Both the position numbers and the translations under genes were made by a program. 64,000 nucleotides of DNA, from positions 53,196,001 through 53,260,000 of the forward strand of contig OX597824.1 of assembly GCA_951406725.2 (NCBI GenBank), in the 5' to 3' direction. Source of the DNA: Octopus vulgaris. Its lineage: Eukaryota. A model generated the notes under the pieces. That model was given only the letters and a program-made list of their open reading frames with translations, did not search any database and was not told the origin of the DNA. Shown piece after piece: positions 1 through 11,822 of the stretch. Within the stretch, counting starts at the first letter, position 1; each line of letters begins with the position of its first letter.

Positions 1-209
1 ATTGGGCAGATTGAAGTCTCCCATAAGAAGTACACTTATGTGTTGTCCTAATGTGACTAGAACTTCTATTTTTGTAAGGCAGACTTCAAACTTGCCTACA
101 TGATTTGGAAAATCTGGAAGGTGATATGTAGCACATATAGCTACACAGATTTGCCTTATAAGTACAAGTAGTGTGTCACATACTGAATTTGAGAGTAACA
201 AAATGTATG

Positions 210-268
<59 letters not shown>

Positions 269-395
269 GCTTTTTCTTGCCTTTTTTCTCTCCGTGTTTT
301 TTTATTAACTATATACATACATAATATGTATGTATGTATATATGTATGCATATATATATATATATGCATACATATATATATACATACATATTATG

Positions 396-461
<66 letters not shown>

Positions 462-547
462 TACATATATATATATATACATACATAATATGTATGTATG
501 TATATAGTTAATAAAAAAACACGGAGAGAAAAAAGGCAAGAAAAAGC
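269..547. repeat. Inverted repeat (~50-bp unique arms) enclosing a compound (TA)/(TATG) microsatellite
   Basis: gctttttcttgccttttttctctccgtgttttttattaac at 269 is the reverse complement of gttaataaaaaaacacggagagaaaaaaggcaagaaaaagc ending at 547. Confidence 0.85.
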
Positions 548-1004
548 AACATGAGTACATGCAAAGTATATACCACGAAAATAGAGAAAGAGTGGTTGTT
601 TTACGTTTCGAGCAAACCTCTTCTTTGGAAACAGGTGGCATAAGAAAATCGAAAAGAAAAAGGAAAGAAAATAGCGCCAACAGTCTATGTATAGTTACGT
701 TTTGGAATGACCGGAAATAGATCGACAAAGAGAAAGTGCCTTCTGGGACTGCAGAGTATGAAGAATGGTTGGTAATTGTGTGTATGTGTAGATGTGTGTG
801 CGTGCGTATGGTAGCGTGGGTTTGTGGCAGTAACTACGTATGTGTGCGTGTGTGTGTGCGTGTTGTGGTAGTGGTATGTGTGTTTGTGTGATACCGTGTG
901 TGCCTATGGTAGCGTGAGGGTGTATGGCAGTAACTGAGTAAATGTGCTCGTGGTAGCGTGTGTGCGTGTGGTGGTAACTGTGTGTGAGTGTGAAGCAGTG
1001 TCTA

Positions 1005-1372
1005 GGCGACTTTGTCTAAAACAATTTGTCTAAAATACAATTGATCCAAATGCAATTTGTCTAAAACACAATCTGACTAAAAGTAAAAATTGTTTATTTT
1101 TGATGAATTCGTATTTTTTCTTCATAATTTGTAATTATTCGTGTTTATATCTAGTTGTTAACTATTTATAAAAACATTAGGATTATTTTAATTCAAAATG
1201 CATAAAAAACAAAAGACAGTATTTACTGAAAGGACTTATTAAATCTTAAAAGGAAAGGTTTTTTATTAACTATATACATACATAATATGTATGTATGTAT
1301 ATATGTATGCATATATATATATATATGCATACATATATACATACATACATATTATGTATATATATATATGTA

Positions 1373-1446
<74 letters not shown>

Positions 1447-3112
1447 TACATATATATATATACATACATAATATGTATGTATGTATATAGTAATCAACAT
1501 GAACGTAATCAATAATATTTTGTGGATCAAAAGTTTGAACAAGACATTTTATTCGTTTTGCAGTATCTCGATAGCGCTTCTTTGGACGCTCTGGTTCTAT
1601 TCCAGCAATATACCCTTCAATCCGAATCTCGCTTAGATTTTGTTCCTTTTGTAAAAAAGTTAATAAATTTCCAACTGTTATGGGATGAGACCCAACTTGG
1701 CTTTCGAATGCTTCATGCCATCCTTCGAGAGAGTTATTTGTTTTGAGCAAATTATCAAGAACTCTTAAATACATACATATTCCACATACTTAGTGGGAAG
1801 AGAGGTGAACGTCGTGCATTCCTTCTGTTAGGCCTTCCAATTCACGTATCCTCGAAATAATCAATGATTTCTTGAGCTCCGTCAGGGAAGGTGTTATTAT
1901 GACATAATAACTCAAATGCTCTTGTTAGTGTACCTACTGGAGCAAATGCTAATGCTGATAGCATTCTCATCACTAAAGCAAAATTAAGGTCTGTTTCATA
2001 ATTTCGTTTTAAACCATTACTTTAAATTACACGAAAGATACATTGGCTGAAGTGGAAAAAGCAACTGTTCTTTTCTGCACTCGGAAATTCTTTCAAAAGT
2101 GCTTTCATCATCGCTTTCTCAAAATCGATCGTTTTGATAATGGTGCACATGATCGTTCAAGATTCTTTATCTCATGCAAAAACGTTATATATGTTTTTTC
2201 TGTTTTGTCCGGCAATAACGCAAACACGAGCGGCAGCGAAGCTTTCCTTTTTAATCCATATAGGGTATATAACTGGTGAAATAACAAAGGGACTGTTTTA
2301 AATGTACCGTCTGCATACCAGTGACTGCTTAGGGATATACACTGTAAATTACGTCTTGTCGCAAATATCACAATACGCTTTTCAACTGGTCCTGAGTCAT
2401 AAAGCAGAAATTGATCACCTTTAAAAGATTTGGTAAGCTCAGATGGGAAAACTATTTCATTGCAAGTTGATGGTAGGGCCGGTCCAGTAAAGATTAGTTG
2501 CCTTATAGATCTTAATACTTTGCATTTTTGGTAGCTTGGAGCCAACAGCTTGATCGCAATCATCGGGAACACTAGATACAACTGAATGGGGTGCATCTTG
2601 TGTTGACTTAGCCAGTTGACGTATTTTTGAAACGGCTTCTTTTGCTACAATTTCAGCAGCATCCAATACATGATTATGGTCGTTGGAAGATTTCACAGTT
2701 TCATCCTTTATAGTAATTATGCAAGCATGGCATTTTGTTTTCGGATATTTTTCGCTCTTCCAATAAACATGTTCACCATTTTCACCATTCTTATAGTATG
2801 TATGTCCATTATCAACCAACTTCATACGACCTTTTTCTGATTCAGTAAATTCAGCAAACATCTTTGGCTATAGGTCTTTTCACTGTGAAAAATTCAAAAA
2901 AAAAATTCTTTTAGGAAACAACTGGGTTTTTTAGTAAACAAATAGTTTTATTCCACATAATAGTAAATAACTAGTTTTATTCCACATTATCGCAACAACT
3001 ATCTATACTTAATAGCATGAGTAAACAACTATTTCTTTCCATTTCCTACGAATTCATCAGAAAAGGGACAATTTTTATTTTTTAGTAAAATTGTGTTTTA
3101 GACAAACTCGCC
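1005..3112 (-). mobile_element. Mutator-like (MULE) DNA transposon with TIRs, degenerate
   Basis: Left end ggcgactttgtctaaaaca...gatgaattcgta matches the reverse complement of right end tacgaattcatc...tgttttagacaaactcgcc; internal transposase fragments. Confidence 0.8.
1495..2861 (-). pseudogene. FLYWCH + MULE transposase pseudogene (frameshifted)
   Basis: ORF 2457-2861 is FLYWCH-like (LVDNGHTY..YWK..C.A....HNH); ORF 2108-2596 has WYADGTFKTVPLLFHQLYT..LPLVFALLPDKT (MULE DDE region); ORF 1352-1774 has TNNSLEGWH. Confidence 0.85.
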
Positions 3113-3294
3113 GGATACCACCTACAGGTGGGTGGGTGTGTTTGTGTGTGGTATTAACTGTTTACGTGTGTTTATGTGAATGACCTATGTGTGTGTCTGT
3201 TAATATGGTAGTGAGAGGTCAGCAGCTATAGTGGTGGATGTATGTATGTATTTATGGGTAGTTGTGTGTAAATGGTTTTCTAACTCCAAGTCTA

Positions 3295-3349
<55 letters not shown>

Positions 3350-3372
3350 ATGTTACATTACTCGGTAGTCAA

Positions 3373-3433
3373 GATAAAACTCTGAGTTTCAGATGCCAAA
3401 GTGGAAATCCACAACACCATCTCTTCGGTTATC
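3373..3433 (-). ncRNA. Hammerhead-like motif (variant core CCGAAGA) downstream of a Penelope GIY-YIG fragment
   Basis: Minus strand: GATAA CCGAAGA GATG..CATC T GAAACTC A GAG TT TTATC; stem I GATAA/TTATC, stem II GATG/CATC. Confidence 0.45.
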
Positions 3434-3689
3434 TGGCTATTTGAAAACGTTATGAAAAAATACCGTTAAAATAAAGGGAAATTACTATGTTATAACTCTG
3501 CTTGCCTGCGTACTTATACATCGCTCGCATTTTTCGTCATAAAAATTATATAAAAATACATAAAAAATATATAAAAATATATAAATTCTTCTTGGAACAT
3601 AACACAGAAAGCATGTTCTATTTGTTTTCTTTAGGGGACCAAAAACGTAACAGAAATTTAGTCACATGTGGGCATGATCCGAAAAGCTC

Positions 3690-4025
3690 TGTCCTTGTAT
3701 TTAGACATGTAGTAGGGTCTAAGCTGCTTTTCCAGATAAGCCATCTCTCCATGTCGCATAGACCTTACCTTCCGCTGCCGTTAGTATAGGGCTTACATCT
3801 GGCCAAAATCTTCCATTGTATGTTATAATCGACACCTTTATCTCTTAAAGACCAAATATGATTGGATAATTGTGTCGCTTTTCTTTTATTCCAGTGCCTA
3901 AAGCTCAAAGTGTGGTTATTGAACCTGGCCTTGAAATTACCCTCTGTAAGGCCGACGTATTTCTTCGTCGAAACGGTGTCTTTAGTGGTTATAGAGTTTA
4001 CGGTAGCTTCATATATGATGGTCAT
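3690..4025 (-). pseudogene. Penelope-like element GIY-YIG endonuclease fragment
   Basis: IIYEATV...KKYVGLTEGNFKARFNNHTLSF...LSNHIWSL...WKILARCKPY; typical PLE C-terminal GIY-YIG. Confidence 0.85.
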
Positions 4026-4479
4026 ATATGTAACAAAACATCCGAGGACTAATAACCTTAAACAACTTTAACCCTACAGGAAGTAGAATTTAATGAAGGA
4101 CAACTTAGAGCTAAGAGAACACATGATACAAAAGATTTACAGTCAACAAGTGCATCAAATGTAGATATATCCCATCTTCAGCAGCCTAATGGATATCATT
4201 ATTGTTTCGACACCTGGGAAGGTGAATATGCCCATTAGTGAATATGCCCATTACATCCTCACGGAGAGATGAGTACTTATGTTTGTATGTGTGTGTAGAG
4301 GTGTGCAAGTGTGGTAGTCTATTGGCATGGGATAGTGGAAGTGTGGGTGGTTGTTGTGTATGTGTAATCGTAATGTGTGTGATGAAAGCGTAGAAGTGAG
4401 ATGACAGCATATGCGAGTAAAAGAAAAAAAGGAAGAATGTGAAGAGAGTGTCAGAAGTGTGAAAAGAGTATGCGTGTAA

Positions 4480-4984
4480 GTATGCGTTTAGTTAAAGGGC
4501 ATGTTGAAAGCATATGTCAATTAGTGAAGGTGGGTAGTTCATGGTGATGAGTGTATCCTTTAGTTCATGTAGTCGTGTGTCTCTTGTGTTTGCATTAGAA
4601 ACTATAGTACATATCCTTTTTGCCAGGTTCAAGGGGATATTCATTCTGGTGTGTCTGGAGTGGCATGAGGTGAACGGTAGATATTGCTTGGAGTCCGTAG
4701 GCTTATAGTATATATCTGTTTCTATCACGTTGTTAGATTTGTTAATGAGGATGTCGAGGAAGGGAAGTTGTTGTTAGCCATATTCCATCGTGAATTGAAT
4801 GTTTACGTCAAATCCATTTAAAAGTGCTCGGAATTCTCTAAGTTTCTCTATATTTTCATGCCAAAGAATGAAACAGTCATCCAGGTATCTCTTCCAGTTA
4901 TTTTCTATGTAGAGGGAGAATGGGCTGCCGTATTTTTCTAGAACCTTACGATAAAGACTAATTTCAAGATAATCCATGACTATT
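4480..4984 (-). pseudogene. Penelope-like reverse transcriptase fragment (palm/thumb)
   Basis: WKRYLDDCFILW..NIQFTME, then TDIYYKPTDSKQYLPFTSCHSRHTRMNIP.NLAKRICTI. Confidence 0.85.
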
Positions 4985-5098
4985 AGTTTTCCTCGCTTCT
5001 GAAGCAGGTATTTTTGCAGGCTTATGGTGGCTATTTTATAATAGATTTCCAGCTGTATAAGGCCTCTGCCACCTTCTATACGTTGTATATATAGCCTA
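4985..5098 (-). pseudogene. Short R4/Dong-type RT thumb fragment
   Basis: Minus strand translates RLYIQRIEGGRGLIQLEIYYKIATISLQKYL, similar to RLYLPRAQGGRGLIQFELAYKTTTIGLAKYL in the 47361 ORF. Confidence 0.7.
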
Positions 5099-5103
5099 TG
5101 TCA

Positions 5104-5357
<254 letters not shown>

Positions 5358-5369
5358 TTCATATACACA

Positions 5370-6342
5370 CAACTGTTGGAAAAGAAAAACTAACATCGGA
5401 ATACAACAAGTAACCTTAGATGCTAAGAACCCTCCTAAGTCTCCTAGCTGTCACTAATAACAATGTTTTCTGGACCTGTACTAAACTGGGATTTATGCCT
5501 ATTTCCTCTATCCATCTGTTCAAATATTTACGGATATTTCCTAATGCACCTATAACTACTGAAATACATTCTACATGCACTTTCCATAGTCTCTGTAATG
5601 GATAGATCCAGGTACTTTGTTATTCTTTCTATACCTTTTATATTGATTTTTTCATCATTTGGAACTGTAAAGTCAATTATGTGACACGTTATATATTCTC
5701 TTTATCTACTACTACTAAATCAGGCCTTCTAGCTTCTATTACTTTGTCTGTTTAAGTCCTACAGCATCTTATATTTCTTACTTTCTAGTACTTTACTGGG
5801 CTCATGTTCATACCATTTATCAGTATGGTCAAATCCTAGCTTTCTACATAACTCCCAGTGGATTACCCTCCCTAGGTTGTCATATCATTTCTTGTATCCT
5901 TTCTGTGCCAGCGTGTTACATTCACTTACTATATGCGTAACACTTTCCTCTTAATTTGCATAACCTACATTGGGAATCTATTTGGTTTTTGTCTATCTTG
6001 GCTATTATCCAATTAGTCCTTAAGGCTTGAGCTTGAGCTGGTACATGTAAACTTTCTGGCTCTCTTTTCAACCTTCCTTTCTGCAGCTATAACCATGTCT
6101 CACTACTACTATTTGCCGCAACTACCTTTGGGAACCTACCATGCAAAGCCTTCTTCTGCCAGTCAGATAACTTTTGTTCTTTTTTCTGGTTTTTAACTTC
6201 GCTTGGCTATTTGGTTTCTCTATGTCTTGCTGTGACTCTAGCAGCTCTAAATAAACTTTCGTCGCAATTACTTACATAGGATACTAGCTAACTCCATACA
6301 GTCTTCTACTGATATCAACCCTCTTCTACCTTCCTTTTGTAG

Positions 6343-6343
<1 letters not shown>
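5370..6343 (-). mobile_element. 5'-truncated, degenerate R4/Dong-clade (RLE) non-LTR retrotransposon between (ATT)n tracts
   Basis: Minus-strand fragments WQKKALHGRFP, AQAQALRTNWI, CRLCK..E.VTHIVSEC (CCHC), WYEHEP, RRPDLVVVDK..HIIDFTVP (PD-D/ExK); ATT repeats on both sides. Confidence 0.8.
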
Positions 6344-6379
<36 letters not shown>

Positions 6380-7431
6380 ATTATACGCAGCTAGAAAAAG
6401 ACCTCCTTTACTCTAGCGCCACATAAATACCAAACGCTGAATATTGCTTCACGTCAAACTTTCTTTACTCCTTCTTTTCACAACGATTCTGTCATTCGTC
6501 TAATATATCCATTGTTTCAATCTTACACTTATTCCCTCTTTCCCACACTGAGACTCACGCAACGACTGAGGTAATCTCTCTCCATCACCCTTGATTTTTT
6601 TCTGTTTCCCATCAACTTCAAGCAATTATATCATTTTTTTTGACAGCGACTGCAATATCATGCTTAGAGCACAATAGCTGAAGACGAATCATTCGTCTTG
6701 ACAGAAGTGTTAGTTTGAAAACCTATCTTATCAAAGTATTTCTCGTTTGTATACCATTTAGAGAAAAACAGGGCTTGAAGATCGAGACATCGAAACTAAC
6801 AGCAGCTGGCATAATAAATTAATACGATCTGCTTCACAAATAAAAATGTATGACTCTACAAATCCATGTCAAGTGCTAGATTATTGTTGATATGCTTAAT
6901 ATTTATTTATCAATCATGATACGATACAAGTACACGCATGATAGTTTATTTTATATGAGACTTCGCTAATAGACAAATGCTGGAAAAAAACTGTGATTTA
7001 AACCCACAGCATTCAGCTATGAAACATTCATAATTGGAATGAATAAATAAAGTTAAATATAAAGTATTTATGGAATTTTGATTTACTCTCAGGTGACTTT
7101 TGGCCAAACCTGTATATATTCAGTTATGGTAGATAAGTAAAGTCTCTTATCTACCATAAATGTTCTATAACTTATTTATACTTTATTTGTGCTCAATGTT
7201 ATGCAGTAAATATCCTAGAGTAATGTCAAATGCTTTGCTTGCCTATCTTCCATTTTTATCTATATTTATAGTATTTATAGACATATTCATACATGAATAT
7301 ATATATATATATATATAACTTACTTGAAAAAGATACGTTGCGTTCAATCATATAATAATATAAATAATACATATATGCATATATACATACATATATGTAC
7401 ATACTTACATCTATACGTATATACATATGCA

Positions 7432-7760
7432 TATGTGGGCACAGGACGTTACGGAACGTAGACAATAGAAAAAACGTAAACATGAGATACGAAATACGAA
7501 AACATGGAATATGAACTTTGTCTTGCAACAACGAAAGAAACAAATGGAAAAGAAAACAAGTAATATAACGGACGACACTTCATCAGTTGTCGGCTATTTT
7601 TCTAAACCCTATTAAGAAAAACACTTGTTTTCTTTTCCATTTGTTTCTTTCGTTGTTGCAAAAACAGTTCATATTCCATGTATTCGTATTTCGTATCTCA
7701 TGCTTTCGGTTTTTTATGTTGTTTATGTTCCGTGACATCCTGTGCCCACATATGCATATG
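7432..7760. repeat. Inverted pair of a dispersed repeat (family Y; another copy at ~38540-38760)
   Basis: gtgggcacagga...caacaacgaaagaaacaaatggaaaagaaaacaagt and its reverse complement at ~7622-7750; cttcatcagttgtcggct shared with 38668-38685. Confidence 0.8.
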
Positions 7761-7787
7761 TAAATACATATAGAAGTATGTACATAT

Positions 7788-8069
7788 AAGCAATAATAAA
7801 TCTTTGAACGAGGTATAAACAGTAACTGCACAACGATGTGAGGTATATTTGCCATCTCAATATGGCTAACCACTAAGGGTGGGTGTTACTGTAGCTTGTA
7901 GCCCCAGGAGAACATCTCCTCCAGCTGGCTATAGGCACACTTTCTGTGCCCTATCGGTATTTGCAAAGGGAGGTCATCCTTCCCTCGTCAACCTAAGTGA
8001 TACGCACGGACTGTAGTTTCTGGGTATTGACCCATCATCAGCGCACGACAATCACCGGTTTACGATGAA
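7788..8069 (-). mobile_element. Retrozyme-like HHR repeat, copy 1, part downstream of the Tx1 insertion (reconstructed unit 354 bp)
   Basis: 7788-7916 is directly repeated at 13655-13783 (~4 mismatches); contains an HHR; removing the Tx1 and one TSD gives a 354-bp period. Confidence 0.8.
7997..8055 (-). ncRNA. Type I hammerhead ribozyme (predicted GUC cleavage between 8009 and 8008)
   Basis: Minus: GTGAT TGT CGTGCG CTGATGA TGGGT caat ACCCA GAAA C TACA G TC | CGTGCG T ATCAC; full core, stem II 5 bp, stem I with GU pairs; covaries with the HHR at 39011-39071. Confidence 0.85.
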
Positions 8070-8409
8070 TTTATCTTTATTATGATCAAGTGATCTAACA
8101 TAGAATTGGGACATTACAGGACAAAACAATTACAAAAATGCTATGCGAGTTCGAATGAAATTATAAAAATTACAAAAATAAAATTTTACGTAACTTGAAC
8201 GAAAACTTGGCTTACTTTGCCTTGAAACGAAAACTTGGCTTACTTTTGCCTTTATCACGAGAACTTTTAGTGCGTATGTTTTCTTTTTTTATTATTATTA
8301 CTTTATTTTAAACAGTTATGTACAGTGAAAGGGGATGGGAGGTACCAGTTTCAATTTTGAACCCGGCAGCCTATAAGTCCCAGCAGCTGCTTTTTCCTTT
8401 CCTCGATGA

Positions 8410-11400
8410 TTAAGCTGGATTACTCTCACCCACCTTTCTCATCACATCCTTCCAACGTTCCATATACTCTTTCTGTGGCAGGCTCCTCTTCTCCAACCCC
8501 ATCTTGCTCTTCAGATGATATCCAAAGTATTTTAACAAACCGAGGCCAGAGATAAAGGACCCTTTCACTAGACCTTCCATTCTAGTTCTCCATACACACT
8601 CTTTCAATACTGCCACCGTACAGTAAAAACAAGCCTTACCTTCCTTTGAGAGTCCAGTTGGCGGTATCATCTTAATCATGGATCCAGCCGACAGCTGTAC
8701 ACGTCCCAGATGCGACAACACGTGTTCAACGTAACTTATCAAGCCTGACAGCTCCCGACATTGTACAAAAGCGTGTTGAACGGTTTCATCGTCCAACCCA
8801 CATCTTGGACACGTCGGTGGCACTGACATTCCGTGCCTGGATAACTTCTCGCGAACAGGTAATGCATTCCTATAGCACTGCCAGGTCAGGGATTTTGGGT
8901 AATTATCCAAATACCCCGACCTGAAAGTCTTCTTAAACAGGTTGGAAAGTTGATCCTCATCGAATCCCAGAGCCCTTCCTAGGACTTCGTCATTTTTTCC
9001 CTCTACCAGCCCTTTATAGAACACCGAGGTGGTATTCCCGCTGCCGGCCTTGCCCATCTTGTGGATCGGCCAGAGTGCCTGTCGGCACTCCTTCTGCCCT
9101 GAAGTCAGGTTACATCCTTTAATGAGACCGGGTGTAAATCCCTCCATAGAGGCCGGTCGCGGAAAGAATTCCTCTGCCAGCGAACTCCACACCTTATCAT
9201 CCTCTAGGTAACACCAGAGGTGTCTCAGCCTCAACGCATGCTTGCGCATCATTAGCCAAGGCATCCCCAGTCCACCCTTTAGCGGTTGCTGGCAACACAC
9301 GGAGCGTCTCACAAGAGGCTTTCCTCCTTTCCACAAAAAGCGGAAAAGGAGTCGTTCCAACTTGTTTAACCACGAATCGGGGCAAGGCACGACGGTCAGG
9401 CGGTAGGTGACGACAGAGGCTATAAACATCTGTGTCACCTCCGCCCTTCCTTTCAAGGAAAGATGCCTTCCGGACCACTTCCGTACTATGACATCCACCT
9501 TGCTCGTTACCTCGCTCCAATTCTTCTCCGTCTGGGAGTCTGGACCAAACCAGACTCCGAGGAATTTAACAGGACCATCCGTCCAGTGTCCAACAACACT
9601 GGATGGTATCGGCTTGTTCCTCCAGGTGCCGAGGCGCAAACCGATGGACTTGTCCCTGTTAACTTTTGCCCCTGCCACCGCTTCGTATCTATGGAGAGCA
9701 CCTGCTACCCGAGGTAGCTGTGTTCCGTTGGACACGATGCGGGTGACGTCATCCGCATAGGCAGAAACAGACTTACCGCATCCGATTTCATTAGGGTTGC
9801 CTCCCAGATTCTCTAGCTTCCGCAGCAATGGCTCAAGAGCCAAAACATACAGGAGCGGGGACAAGGGACACCCTTGACGAATTGAACGCTTGATCGAAAA
9901 CGGCTCCGTTAGGTAACCGTTTATCTGGACTGTGGACTTGATGCCGCTGTACATAGCTGAGATCCACCCGCAGAAGCCAGGGCCCAGCCCAGCCGCTTCG
10001 AGGACCGCCGCCAAGTACCGATGGTCTACCCTATCAAACGCTTTACTTTGGTCTAAATGGACCAATGCCCCTCCTTTGCCGTCTAATTTCCCGACCCTAT
10101 CTATAGTGTAGCGGAGAAGGTGAAGATTATCCTGGATCGACCTGCCTGGGATTGCACATGTCTGTGCCTTCACGACAAGTTTCTCCACGACAGCCGTCAG
10201 CCTTTTTGCTAACACCTTGGCCAAAATCTTAAACTCTACATTAAGTAGAGTTATGGGCCTATAATTACTAATACTGTCCCCCTTGCTCGGGTCTTTCTGG
10301 ACAAGCGTCACAACTCCCCGACTCACAGAGCTGGGAATCCTCCCATTCTATTGCCAGTTTGCATAGACGCTTGCCAGTATGTCCCCGAACAAGTCCGGCA
10401 TACAACAATAAAATTCATAGGGCAGACCATCCAACCCCAGCGACTTTTCCCCGGCGCACTCGGCCATAACCCCTCTTACCTCCGCGGGAGAGATCGATCC
10501 TTCACAGCACTCCGCCTCACCTGCCGAGAGCCGAGGCCCACCAGCTAGGAAGTCCTTTAAGGTCTCCCCACGCTCGAGCGGACCACCGCCCCCAAACAGC
10601 CGAGCGAAATGCTGGTGAAGGACCTTCTGCATCTCCTCCTGTCCATAGATCTTGCGGTCCTGCTCGTTAGTTAAGGACATAATACAGGACTTTTTGCCCT
10701 TCTGACTCTCCTCACGACGGGCCCATCCGGCAACGTTAATACCTTCTCGTTTTCCTGCACGTAACTTAGCTCTGACTCTGCACCCCTCATGCTTGGCGTT
10801 GAGGTGACGGTACAATACCGCTCTCGCTGCCAACACTCCGGATGCACAGCCAGATTCCATAGCCTCGTCTAAGTTCTTAACTAATTCGCTCTCTATTCTA
10901 GTCCTATCTAAACTTAGCTGCTTGCTAAATCTAATGGACTCCAAACGGATGGCTCTTTTGAGGTCGAGCCACCATCTATTATTAATGATGGTGTCACATA
11001 ATGCCCTCTGTACTAATTCCTTAATCCGGGTACGGAAAGCTTCACAAGTCAAAATAGACTTGTTCATTTTCCAGTACCCGGGACCTTGTCTATGGCATTT
11101 ATCAACCTGTACCTCACACGTCACAAGTTTGTGATCCGTGTAAGGCACAACAGAGAATTGTGGACAGCTAACACTATTCTTATCTCGTTCCTTAACAAAT
11201 ACTCTATCTATGTACGATCTGCATGAGCCGTCGTTATTACTCCACGTCCACTGTGGAACGTTCGGCTCATCCAGTCGAAAACGGTTTACTAGATTAAAGC
11301 TCGCCAGTAGAGCCTTGAGGCCAGGATTCCCCTTCCTATCGCTCGAGCCTACACCATCCACCCGCGCATCGAGAATGGTGTTGAAATCCCCTACCAAGAC

Positions 11401-11799
11401 TACCGTTTTGGACGTCACTAGAAAGTGCTCCAGTTCCCGAAAAAGACCGGTCTGCCCACGTCCATTAGGAGCGTAGACGGCCACCAACCTGAAGGACTGC
11501 TTACTCACGTGCGTCACATCTAGGACAACCAGCCTACCTTCTGGGTTCAGAAAGACAGTACTTACCTGTAAGTCCAAGTTCTTCCTGAAAAGAACTGCCA
11601 CGCCTGCACCTCCCTCCCGGCTAGGAGAAATAAATTTCTCGTAACCATTGAGAAGTGGTGAGAACGCTTGGGGTCCTTTCATCTTGGACTCGGTAACAAT
11701 AGCTACATCGATTCTATGTGAAATGAGGTCGTCCCAAAAACAAGCCTGTTCCCATTTCGATCCCATTCCACGCACATTTATACAACCTAACTTAATCAT
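8410..11799 (-). pseudogene. Tx1 ORF2 (APE endonuclease + RT + C-terminal CCHC), one in-frame stop at 10348-10350
   Basis: NVRG, VYAPN, LVGDFN, SYIDR, TDHK (APE); YRPITLLN, LDQSKAFD, QGCPLSP, AYADDV (RT); CPRC..ETVQHAFVQC; TAG here vs CAG in copy 2. Confidence 0.92.
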
Positions 11800-11822
11800 C
11801 GAAAAAAAAGAAAATTATTTAC

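Noticed and set aside
7788-8069. Target might be U2 snRNA, 5S rRNA or tRNA, as for known Tx1 families
   Set aside because: No recognisable similarity to those RNAs by eye; a hammerhead core is present instead (an Rfam search would confirm)
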